DNA of 47,488 nt from Octopus sinensis (lineage: Eukaryota), in NCBI RefSeq assembly GCF_006345805.1, contig NW_021834434.1, forward strand, positions 1 to 47,488, written 5' to 3'. Both the position numbers and the translations under genes were made by a program. The number at the start of each line of letters is the position of its first letter. Within the stretch, counting starts at the first letter, position 1. This document shows positions 37,756-47,488 of the stretch, piece after piece. The notes under the pieces are model-generated. The model worked only from the letters and a program-made list of their open reading frames with translations. It was not told where the DNA came from and searched no databases.

Positions 37756-37829
37756 ATGGTAGTCAATTTACTATCATGTCAGCATCTTTTACACAAAGAT
37801 AAAAAAGTAGCACTAAGAAAGAAGTTTTG

Positions 37830-38350
37830 ATTGTTCTGAACTCTTCGATTTATGTGCCTCGAGAGAATGTGATGAAATTGAATGTCCAGCAAGAAAAGTT
37901 TTAAAATTATTCGGAGAAAATGCTCAAGATCGCATCCTATGTAGGCACACAGAATTGCTTTAACTATGTCCAGGCATACAACATTGCTTTATCTATGTCT
38001 AAATGGAGAATTTGCCAAATTTCTTCAATACTGTGATCTCCTAAAACATGAGAAGAGAAGAGGAAATGCTTTCAAGGAAAGAGAAAATGCTTTCAAAAAT
38101 ATAAGTTCAAAAACACATACTTGCCCTTGAATATCTTGTACTCGAATAGGTGACGCCCTTGAGTGTGTTTACATGACCTAACTACATAATACTGAATAAT
38201 TTTATTTGCATTATGGCAAAAATCTTCGAAAACAGAATATCTGCCAAATTTTCGACATCTTGGAAGTTGAATCTCATTGGCAGAAGACACTAGAGGATGC
38301 TTGGTACCTCACAATTTCCACCAAAATGTTGCCGTTTGTTTGTCATGCAC
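37830..38350 (+). mobile_element. Highly decayed Helitron Rep/helicase fragment
   Basis: Fragments FGENAQDR..HTELL*LC, ECVYMT*LH and ILEVESHWQKTLEDA parallel, in order, the Helitron motifs I recall (YF..NA, TLTAFF.LC, EC.YLRLLLH, GLLE.D.HW..TL.EA). Confidence 0.5.
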
Positions 38351-38759
38351 ACTTCAAACAATCTATTCGATGCAATGTCAGAAGAGATAAATCAGACGAG
38401 ATAAATCAGACTTGTATATATATATATATATATAACTTCTTTGAAGTTCAGTTGACTCTTGGTACAGGCAACACTATGCAGGTAAATATATGGGGCAGTC
38501 AATGACTGGGAAATTTTTTCAATGATTTTGCATATAAGTCACATAAAAGAAACAATATCCTAGTTCAAGAAATATAGAGATGCTCAAAGAAACATATGAT
38601 ATTGTTCCACAGGTAATTGAGCCAGCATTGACGTGAGATCAAAGAAGTATATCCATGCCTGCAATTATTAAAACCATTTTTCTGTAACAATTCTTAACGA
38701 TTCGTTTTATTCGACTTAATTTCACTCGTTATTGATGTTTATATTATTTGTCGTATATA

Positions 38760-38810
<51 letters not shown>

Positions 38811-39521
38811 TGTATGTATGTATGTATGTATGTATGTATGTATGTATGTATGTATGTATTCTAATATCAAGACAAATTGTTTCGTAAATAATTTATATTA
38901 TCATATCTCATTTTGGGTAAATTATAAGTCTAGATAGATTCCTTTAAGGAATACAGATAAGCCACCAATAATTGGATACAATTCACCCAACAAAAACTCA
39001 CTACTTGAATGGACCATAAACAAAACTTGACGTATAAACAGGATTTAATATCCTATCAGGTGGTGCTAGTAAGTTAGACATGGCCTGGACCAATCTTGGT
39101 CGAAACATATCTAAGTTTACCTAAGTTTAACACAACATATATATATATATATATATATTCTATAGATATGTATGTATGTATGTATGTATGTTGTATGTAT
39201 GTATGTATGTATGTATGTATGTATGTATGTATGTATGCATGTATGTATGTATATATTCTAATATCAAGACAAATTGTTTCGTAAATAATTTATATTATCA
39301 TATCTCATTTTAGATAAATTACTTATTGACGCGAAATGATAAAAAAAAACCTTAAAAAATGATGCTGAATTTGAGCTCCGTCCTCAGCTGAAAATGTTTT
39401 CGTTAAATTATCCTTTTCTCTTGTACCGTACTATATATTTTGTTTTGTAGAATGATAAGTTAAGGAATTCGTCTTATGAGTACTCCGAATTACTTGTAAC
39501 TATATATTGGGACTTGAATTC

Positions 39522-39559
<38 letters not shown>

Positions 39560-39659
39560 ATATATATAATATATATATATAAAGAGAGAGAGAGAAAGAG
39601 AGAGAGAGAAGAGGGAGAGAGATAGAGAGAGACAGACAGGACAGACAGACAGACAGATA

Positions 39660-39775
39660 GTTGAAATTTATAGAAAAATACAAGATGAAGACAGGTGTAT
39701 GAAGAATAGGCAAAGGGTATTAGTTTGACGCTTGGGCCTACGCTCTTCAACAGAAAAGAATAAGAGAAAATAAAC
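39660..39775 (-). mobile_element. Repeat family H1, copy 5 (GAAAC half deleted)
   Basis: Minus strand: ttttCUGUUGAAGAGCGTAGGCCC joined to GCGTCAAACTAATAC...CACCTGTCTTCATC. Confidence 0.65.
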
Positions 39776-40599
39776 AGAGAGAGGGGGGAAAATAAAGAGA
39801 GAGAGAGAGGAAGAGAGAGTGAAAAAGTGAAAAATAAAGAGAGAGAGAGAGAGAGTGACTAATGTGTTTGTGTGTGTGTGACGGTCAGACATATTATCCC
39901 CTAGATTCTATTCATTTTGAAGCATCACAAACTTCATCCAATCAGATCCGATTAGTTATTTGATTATTTGTCAAATACTACCATGTACATCACCTATAAC
40001 AATTTAAAAGAGCCATTTTCTTGTTCCAAAATTCCGCATCTGTCTGATGACGGGTTGCGTGAATCTCAGAGAGAAATGCAAGAAATATAACAAGTGTTCT
40101 TCGTTTTAATATAGAAAATATTTCAAAAAGACAGCATCTCATTTTTTTCGGCGTTTCGGTAAAAGGATTTTATTTTACGAATACCAAGGAAGTGAGCCAC
40201 CTGCTTATTGAATTATTTATATATTAAAGCGTAATAATACCAATAAGGTTTCCTGTGTTTCTCATTGAGTGATATGGCTTGGAATCTGCACCTTAGTGAA
40301 CCTTCCGATAAGATCTTTGAATTCACTGCACGTAGGATATACGAATATTGGTGTTTGATGTAGAGCCGATTACCAAACCCTAAACTCACTGTTGTGCATG
40401 CTAGGACACTATTAATATACATACATACAATCATAAGTGAATATATATATATACGTACATGTATATATACATACACACACACATATGTACATATATATAT
40501 ATATATATAATATATGTGGTGTATGTGTGTGTGTATTCAGTAACTTCCTACACTTTGATCCTTGGATCATACCTTTATATATATGCGTGTGTGTGTGCG

Positions 40600-40650
<51 letters not shown>

Positions 40651-41282
40651 CCTATAGGTATATGTGGGTTTTATATATGTATATATGTATATATGTATAT
40701 ACATGTATGTCTATAAACCTATACACGTATGTGTTAATATTTATATATATACACCATATATATGTATAGAATATCTATATTATATATAGATATATATATT
40801 ATATATATATGCTTATACATATATATAGCAAGAGAGAGAAAAGAGAGAGAGAGAGAGAGAGAGGCAGACTGACATAGAGAGATAAGGGGACACACATGAA
40901 AACCTAAACAGAATATCCAAACTGAGGACACAATATTTATTTTGGTAATATTTCAAAGGAAATCATTTCGTGTCTATTTATTGTGAAGAAAGGATTGACC
41001 CGGCGACTGCCAAACTGCAATGAGGCATAAAGTAAGAAAGAAATTGAAACGATTCGCTAAAGAGTGACCATTTTTGGTCAAAGTGACTTTGGTCAAATTT
41101 TGGTCACAGCTGTGTCGGACATATTATTGAAATGGTTACGATGAAATCCACCAAGAGTGAACGGAAATGCTAACGGAATATATGCATATAAGAGAATATT
41201 AGAATCTATGAATGAAGAGAGAGATGATGTTTATGATTTCAGTGCTTACTGTTGACAGCAATTCTTGGTGAATAAAAATAAT

Positions 41283-41470
41283 AATGATCATGATCATGAT
41301 GATCATGATGATATATGGCGGCGGCGACGGTGGTGGTGACGGTGGTGGTGGTGGTGGTGGTGGTGATGGTGGTGGTGGTTGTTGTTGTTGTTGTTGTGGT
41401 GGTGGTGGTGGTGGTTGTGGTGGTGGTGGTGGTGGTGGTGGTTGGTGGTGACGGTGGTGGTGGTGGTGTT
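41283..41470. repeat. (GAT)/(GGT)/(GTT)n trinucleotide repeat
   Basis: Direct inspection. Confidence 0.95.
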
Positions 41471-41659
41471 TTCTTTTATTTCATAAGAGCGAGAAATGAG
41501 GAACACTATAAAGACAAATTTCAAAAATAAGAAACGTTTTGCCTAGAGTAATAACAACAACAATAATAATAGGGATTTCTTATATCGTCACAGGAATGGG
41601 GACACAGTGCATGAACAAATAGTAGGTGACTTACTATGAAAGAAAGTTATGTATATATA

Positions 41660-41701
<42 letters not shown>

Positions 41702-42019
41702 AACATACGCGCGCACACAACACACACACACATACACACAGACGAATATCAGTTTAAGTCAAAGGCTTTTTCGTATTTCAGGATTCCAAGATTTAATTAA
41801 TAGTTCAAGCTAATTATATACGAAAAGCGTTTATTTGTCAAAATATATCCCATCCTATTCCATTGTCTGTTGCGATCCTTGTGCCAGAAGCTCAATTCCA
41901 TGCTTATACTATTTGGCTGGCTTAGAGACAAACAATTCCCTGCATCAGTTTTCAGCCTCATCTACACCGTTGAACCAAGGCTTGGAAAAATGTCGTAATC
42001 TGATGATGCAAGGTCTGAA

Positions 42020-42460
42020 CTGTCATCATCATCATTGTTCGACTGTGGTCGAGACAATGGAATTTACTGTTACGCCAGACCTCACGGCTCTTCATAGCAT
42101 TACGGAGGTCCTGTTGCTGGATGCCTGTATCCCTGGAGATTACATCAAGATAGGAGAGTGTGCGCCCTCTGGTATCGCGAACAGATGGCTTCCAGAGGAG
42201 AAGAGTAGAAATTACCTCGTTTTCAGCTCTACAGCAATGTCCAGCAAACTGGACTCTTCTACCTTTCACAAGAAATACAGGTGGTAATATACATTTGTAC
42301 TTTGGTTGGATGACGCTTCCACGAGAGATTTTGAGCTCTCATAAGGAGGCGAGTGTAAGTTCCATCCAACCGCCTCTCAAATTCCTAATGTTTGCTCTTG
42401 GTCAAATTACCAGTGTGTGCTGGGACATTGTCATGCCGTAGGAGTGGGTATGTTCCATTG
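42020..42460 (-). mobile_element. 3' end of an RTE/RTE-X-group LINE with (GAT)n tail
   Basis: RLDGTYTRLLMRAQNLSWKRHPTK, RRVQFAGHCCR, LLLWKP, GRTLSYLDVISRDTG, AMKSREVWR, then ATGATGATGATGA. Confidence 0.8.
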
Positions 42461-42870
42461 ACCAGTGCCGGATAGCGAGCTTTCAAAGCATCGTCTTACA
42501 GCTATTGTTGAGCATAAAAGTTAAATCTCACGGCATGACTATCTGGAACAAGCTCAAAGCGCAACAACCACTCGAAATTCCACCAAACACACAACCCTCG
42601 GTTCAAACTGCCTTTGTCTGACAAATTCCGAAGCATGGCTGGTTTCTCTTATTAGTATTACGAAAGTAGATTAGTTTTTCTTCTCCGGTAACAATTCGAT
42701 GCCATAAATGGGCATCGCAAGGTTTTGTCAGCGGTTATTCGTAAATGCTAAGACGCCGTTGATTATATATATATGTATATAATTAAATAAGGGTAGAAAT
42801 TGATATTAATCAATTAAAACCAGTGGCCTAGCATATTTAAAAAAATCTGAAGATTAAATTTTTTTTCCAT

Positions 42871-43011
42871 ACAAGATTTAGAGGAATGACCACTAAAAGT
42901 GGACAGCCTGTATGCTAGATATAGACGACAAAATCATAGAAAATAGCGATTTGACGTCTATATCTAGCATACAGGCTGTCTACTTTTAGTGGTCATTCCT
43001 CTAAATTTTGT
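42871..43011. repeat. Near-perfect 57-bp inverted repeat (MITE-like hairpin)
   Basis: Arms 42871-42927 and 42955-43011, 2 mismatches, 27-nt spacer. Confidence 0.92.
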
Positions 43012-43033
43012 GTGTATATATATATATTATATA

Positions 43034-43085
<52 letters not shown>

Positions 43086-43094
43086 TATATGCTT

Positions 43095-43385
43095 ATTATA
43101 GCTTCAGGCCGACCAAAACCTTGTGAGCGGGTTTCGTACTCGGAAACCGAAAGAGGACTGTCGTATATATGTGTATGTGTGTGCGTGTCTTGTGTTTGTA
43201 CCCCCACCATTGCTTAACAACTGATGTTGCTGTGTTTACATTCCCGTAACTTAGCGGTTTGGTAAAAGACACTGACAGAATGAGTACTAGGTTTACAAAG
43301 AATAAATCTTCTGGTTGATTTCTTCGACCAACGGCGGTGCTCCAGCATGGCCGCAGTCACATGACTGAAACAAGTAAAACAATAA
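43095..43385 (+). mobile_element. SINE family A copy (5'-truncated)
   Basis: GGCCGACCAAAACCTTGTGAG...GGCGGTGCTCCAGCATGGCCGCAGTC..ACTGAAACAAGTAAAA. Confidence 0.88.
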
Positions 43386-43897
43386 AAATCTATGACGTTT
43401 TAATCCCGAGCAAGGCCGGGTATCTCTGCTAGTATATACTTTTTTCGTCTGGCGTTAACAGCCCTTCTTATCTTGTTCTCCTTGTCCTGTCTCTCACTGT
43501 TATATTTTTATTTTTCCACTGTTTATATATATTTTTTTTACTGTTTATATGTTTGTACTGTCGTTACCGTCTTGCTTTTTTTTACCCCTCTGCGAAAAGA
43601 TCTCAGAATTTTAATTGATTTGCTTTTCGCGGGAAGGAAGTTTTCTTCGAAGTATACGTCTCGCTTTTATCCTTCGAAACGTTTAGTATATGAACCTTAG
43701 CGACTGAAGAAGGGATTTTTCGTTGTGCTTACTGTCCTGTATCTCTTTTTTTTGCTTGTCTTGTTCCTTGGTTGTGTCTATGTGTTTCGTCTCTATGTGT
43801 CGACGTCTTTTGGTGTCCTGTACACATATATGCGTGTATATGTACATGTAGAGGTAGGTACGTACATATGTTTATATATATGCATATGTTTATTTAT

Positions 43898-43938
<41 letters not shown>

Positions 43939-44669
43939 ATATATAACGCAACATCCACTTTTACTGAAGAGAAATATTGCCTAAATATTATCTTTTGCTA
44001 ATAATACTGCTTCAGTCGCTATTATTTTACACACACACACACACATACACACATTCACACACGCATATACATATCTATATACATACATATATATTATATA
44101 TTTATACGCATACAAAAACACACACACTATGTATATCACGTCATTTATGTATATACACGCATGCACATGCAATCATATATACATACGTGCGTATCGTAAA
44201 ACAGGAGCAAGCATCTAGGTTGAATCAAGAAATTCCATGTAAAGCTCGGACTGTTTTGTCTACGAAAAGTGAATGCCTCTTAAAAGTCTGTCAACTGGCG
44301 CATTTTATTGCAGGCTTATTCATGAGAACCTACTCACAATCTCACCGTTTTCATTAAATTTTCAGTTGGATGGTACTTGTTACTCCACCCTCACAAATTC
44401 AAAACCCTCTTCAAATGATACTCTAAAATGTTGATGAGAGCTTGACTAAACACTACGTCTCGCTTCACATTACTTTCAGTCACTTCTATAACCCTATCTC
44501 ATTATCAAATAAATAATGTCCAGACTTCTATATTTTCAATTTGTAAACGTTTTAAAAGTATTTTAAAACATCTAATGGTATCAAGTAATATTTACACGTA
44601 TTTGGATATATTTAAACTAATTAAAGTTCACTTAGCAGGATAATCTAATTGAAATTTCACTAATCATAG

Positions 44670-45776
44670 CTCTTCAAACATAGAAGTGTCTAAGGAGCAT
44701 TTGAGTTCACATAATGCTTTGTGAGTTTAAAAAAAAGTAACTCTGCAGTTTTATGCGACTCGAAATATTCACTTGGCTTATGGAGAAGAGTGCCTTAATG
44801 AAAGAACTTGCAGAAGATGGTTTGTAAAATTCAGAAGTTGAGATTCAGCCTTGAAGATGAGACCAGAACAGGACGTCCAATTGAGTGTGTTGACAAGCTC
44901 CTTTTGATAGAACTTGAAAAAGGTCATTGAGTTTCAGTAGAAAATTTGCAAGCAAGCTTCTTTCAATTCATACAACTGTTCACCACCATCTTCAACAGCT
45001 TGGAAAGATCCCAAAACTCGGAAAATGAATCCCTCATGACTTGTCTGAAGCCAACCGTAAATCCCGAGGGGACATCTGCTCTTCTCTTCGTTCTCGTGAA
45101 CTCATCGCGCCCTTTTTGGACACACCGGTGATGAAAAATGGGTTCTTTATCAAAATGTTAAGCGTCGTAGACACTGACCTGGTGAAGGAGAAAAAGCACA
45201 ACCACAACCGAAAAGGGAATACAATGCGAAGAAGGTTTTTCTTTGTTTGGTGGGATTGCACAGGAGTCATCCACTTTGAGTTGCTACTAACTAATGCAAC
45301 AATCAATGCTCAAATCTACTGTCAGCAATCAGAGTATTTTGGACGCTGCATTAAAGAAAAAGGCCTGCGTTAGTGCATCAAAATGGAGTAGAGTTTTATC
45401 AGGACAATATAAAACCCCGTATTGTAAAGGTCACGTCACAGAAGATCGAGGGACTTGGTTGGGAGAAAATTGCGCATCCACCTTATTCTTCAGACCTTTC
45501 TCCTTAAGATTACCGTTTACTTTGTAGTTTACAGAATCATTTCGATCGATTAACTCTCGAATCAACCGAGGAAGTCGGAACTGACCTGTCAGAGTTCTTC
45601 TCTTCGAAACCGAAAGAGTTTTTCCCTAATGGTACTAAAAGGATTATGAGTAGTTGGAAAGACGCCATAGATAATCATGGAAACTATATTGACAGTCAAG
45701 TTTCATTAAAATGTAAGATTTGATCACTTGTTTTCCTTATTTAAAATCCAGACACTACTTATGGGATGGCTTAATA
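44670..45776 (+). mobile_element. mariner (Tc1/mariner) transposon remnant
   Basis: EVSKEHL, NERTCRRWFVKF, LEDE.RTGRP, TGDEKWVLY, WWDCTGVIHFELL, QDN, HPPYSSDLSP*DY; candidate right TIR ...CTTATGGGATGGCTTAA followed by TA at about 45776; left TIR not found. Confidence 0.88.
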
Positions 45777-45896
45777 TATTTGTTCTACACCCGATAATAG
45801 CTGCTTAAAAGTACTCCAGAATCCAGCGGTTTTTAAAAATTCAATTTAGAAAAAATTAGATCAAATTTCACAAAATATAATATATATATAAATTTT

Positions 45897-46178
45897 AAAA
45901 AAACCCACTTTTTATCAATTCAAAATGAAAAATTAAATTACACCATCTAGAAAATTACATATAATAGAAATATCAAATATAAGATAAAAATATACCGATA
46001 ATTAAGTAACGTGCAAAATATTATATAAAGCGTATAAATAAAACGTTTTATTTATTATTTTGCACATTACTTAATTATCGGTATATTTTTATCTTATATT
46101 TAATGTTTCTATTATATATAATTTTCTAGATGGTGTAATTTAATTTTTCATTTTGAATTGACAAAAGGTGTTTTTTTT
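45897..46178. repeat. About 120-bp AT-rich inverted repeat (fold-back, MITE-like)
   Basis: 45897-46020 is the reverse complement of 46056-46178 at roughly 90% identity; 35-nt spacer. Confidence 0.9.
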
Positions 46179-46184
46179 CTAATT

Positions 46185-46285
<101 letters not shown>

Positions 46286-46292
46286 TATATAT

Positions 46293-46324
<32 letters not shown>

Positions 46325-46604
46325 TATAAATGTATACATATATACTATATACATATATATACATATACATATATATATATTTCTATGCATAACGATATTT
46401 GTTTATAATCAAAATACTATAATATATATAATTATATATCATATGTTGATACTAATATATATAATTATACGCATACGCACCACAAAAATACTAAAACAAA
46501 ACAGTTTACTAGTAAAATTAGTGTTAACATATCTAATGCAATGAGGTTGGAAGCTCTAATTCAAAATATTAATGTAGGAAGGAAACTGTTTCTCTCTCTC
46601 TTTT

Positions 46605-47000
46605 ACACTTTTACCTGTTTCAGTCATTTGACTGCGGCCATGCTGGAGCACCGCCTTTAGTCGACCAAATCGACCCCAGGACTTATTCTTTGTAAGCGTA
46701 GTACTGATTCTGTCAGCCTCTTTTGCCGAACCGCTAAGTTACGGGGACGTAAACACAATACCATCGTTTGTCAAGCGATGTTGGGGGAGAAACACACACA
46801 CACACACATATTTATATATATATATATATAACACATATATATACGACGGGCTACTTTCAGTTTCAGTTTCCGTCTACGAAAGCAACTCACAGGGCTTTAG
46901 TCGGCGCGAGGCTATAGTAGAAGATACTTGACCAAGGTACCACGCAGTGGGAATAAACCCGGAACCATGTGGTTGGTAAGCAAGCTACTTACCACACTGC
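46605..47000 (-). mobile_element. SINE family A, full-length copy
   Basis: Head rc GGAACCATGTGGTTGGTAAGCAAGCTACTTACCACAC, tail rc CTTTTACCTGTTTCAGTC. Confidence 0.9.
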
Positions 47001-47359
47001 CACTTCGAAATTCATATCATTGTTTAGATCATTTCGGGATTTACGAGGGGACAATATATTTTGCTCTTATTAAAACCCTTCGAAAAAGCATAGACTTCGC
47101 TGTATTTGCTGAATTAGTGCTGTAAAATCGCTAAATAGACGTGCAAATCAACTAAAATTGCACCTACGGAGAATAAAATTATTTTAATTTTTCTCTGTGC
47201 GTTTTAGTTTTATGACTTTGTAGAAGTCAATATTTGAACATTTCTAACGTATTTACTGTAAAAATTGTAAAATCGTTGGCGTTGTTATTGCTGTGGTTGT
47301 TCATTTTACTGTTGTTAGTTTTGCCATTAATGTTGATAATGTTATTTGTAACTTTTAAG

Positions 47360-47488
47360 GCAGTGGGCAGGTAGAATCATTAGCACATCGGTTAAAATTC
47401 TTTGTGGCATTTCGTCCGACTTTAGGTTCTGAGTTCAAATACCGCCGAGGTCGAATTTGTCTTTCACACTTAAGGGGCGATAAAATAA
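47360..47488 (+). mobile_element. SINE family B copy running off the window end
   Basis: GGCAGGTAGAATCATTAGCAC...GAGTTCAAATACCGCCGAGGTCGA. Confidence 0.85.

Noticed and set aside
39074-39112. ttaga...GACCA atct TGGTC GAAAC ATA tctaa as a hammerhead
   Set aside because: Stems are present but the CUGANGA half of the core is absent (CATGGCCTG).
43640-43720. Hammerhead-like words CGAAACGTT and CTGAAGAAGGG
   Set aside because: Order would need a type II topology, but stems I and II do not pair convincingly.

Overview
AT-rich, microsatellite-dense animal DNA, intronic or intergenic. Its repeat content (tRNA-derived SINEs, one with a CORE-like block) resembles an octopus or other cephalopod genome; this is inferred from recall of these families and was not checked. 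No host gene could be assembled with confidence, only a few candidate short exons, and most short ORFs in the track are translations of simple repeats. The window holds a near-full-length but disrupted Tx1/L1-clade non-LTR retrotransposon (18877-24308) inserted with a 16-bp target-site duplication (TSD) into the tRNA-like head of a SINE. It also holds about 25 SINE copies of three families, fragments of CR1/L2-group and RTE-group LINEs, remnants of piggyBac, mariner, Chapaev-like and Helitron-like elements, and two fold-back hairpins. Main observations: (1) one SINE family shares its 3' tail with the 3' UTR of the Tx1 element, occurs as multimers with an identical junction at three loci, and has a TSD of the same length, which suggests a Tx1-SINE partnership; (2) three families of minimal hammerhead-ribozyme motifs are present, one with a canonical core inside a ~560-bp partial tandem repeat and one with a recurrent non-canonical base at position 6; (3) an RTE element has a 5' inversion with twin-priming geometry.
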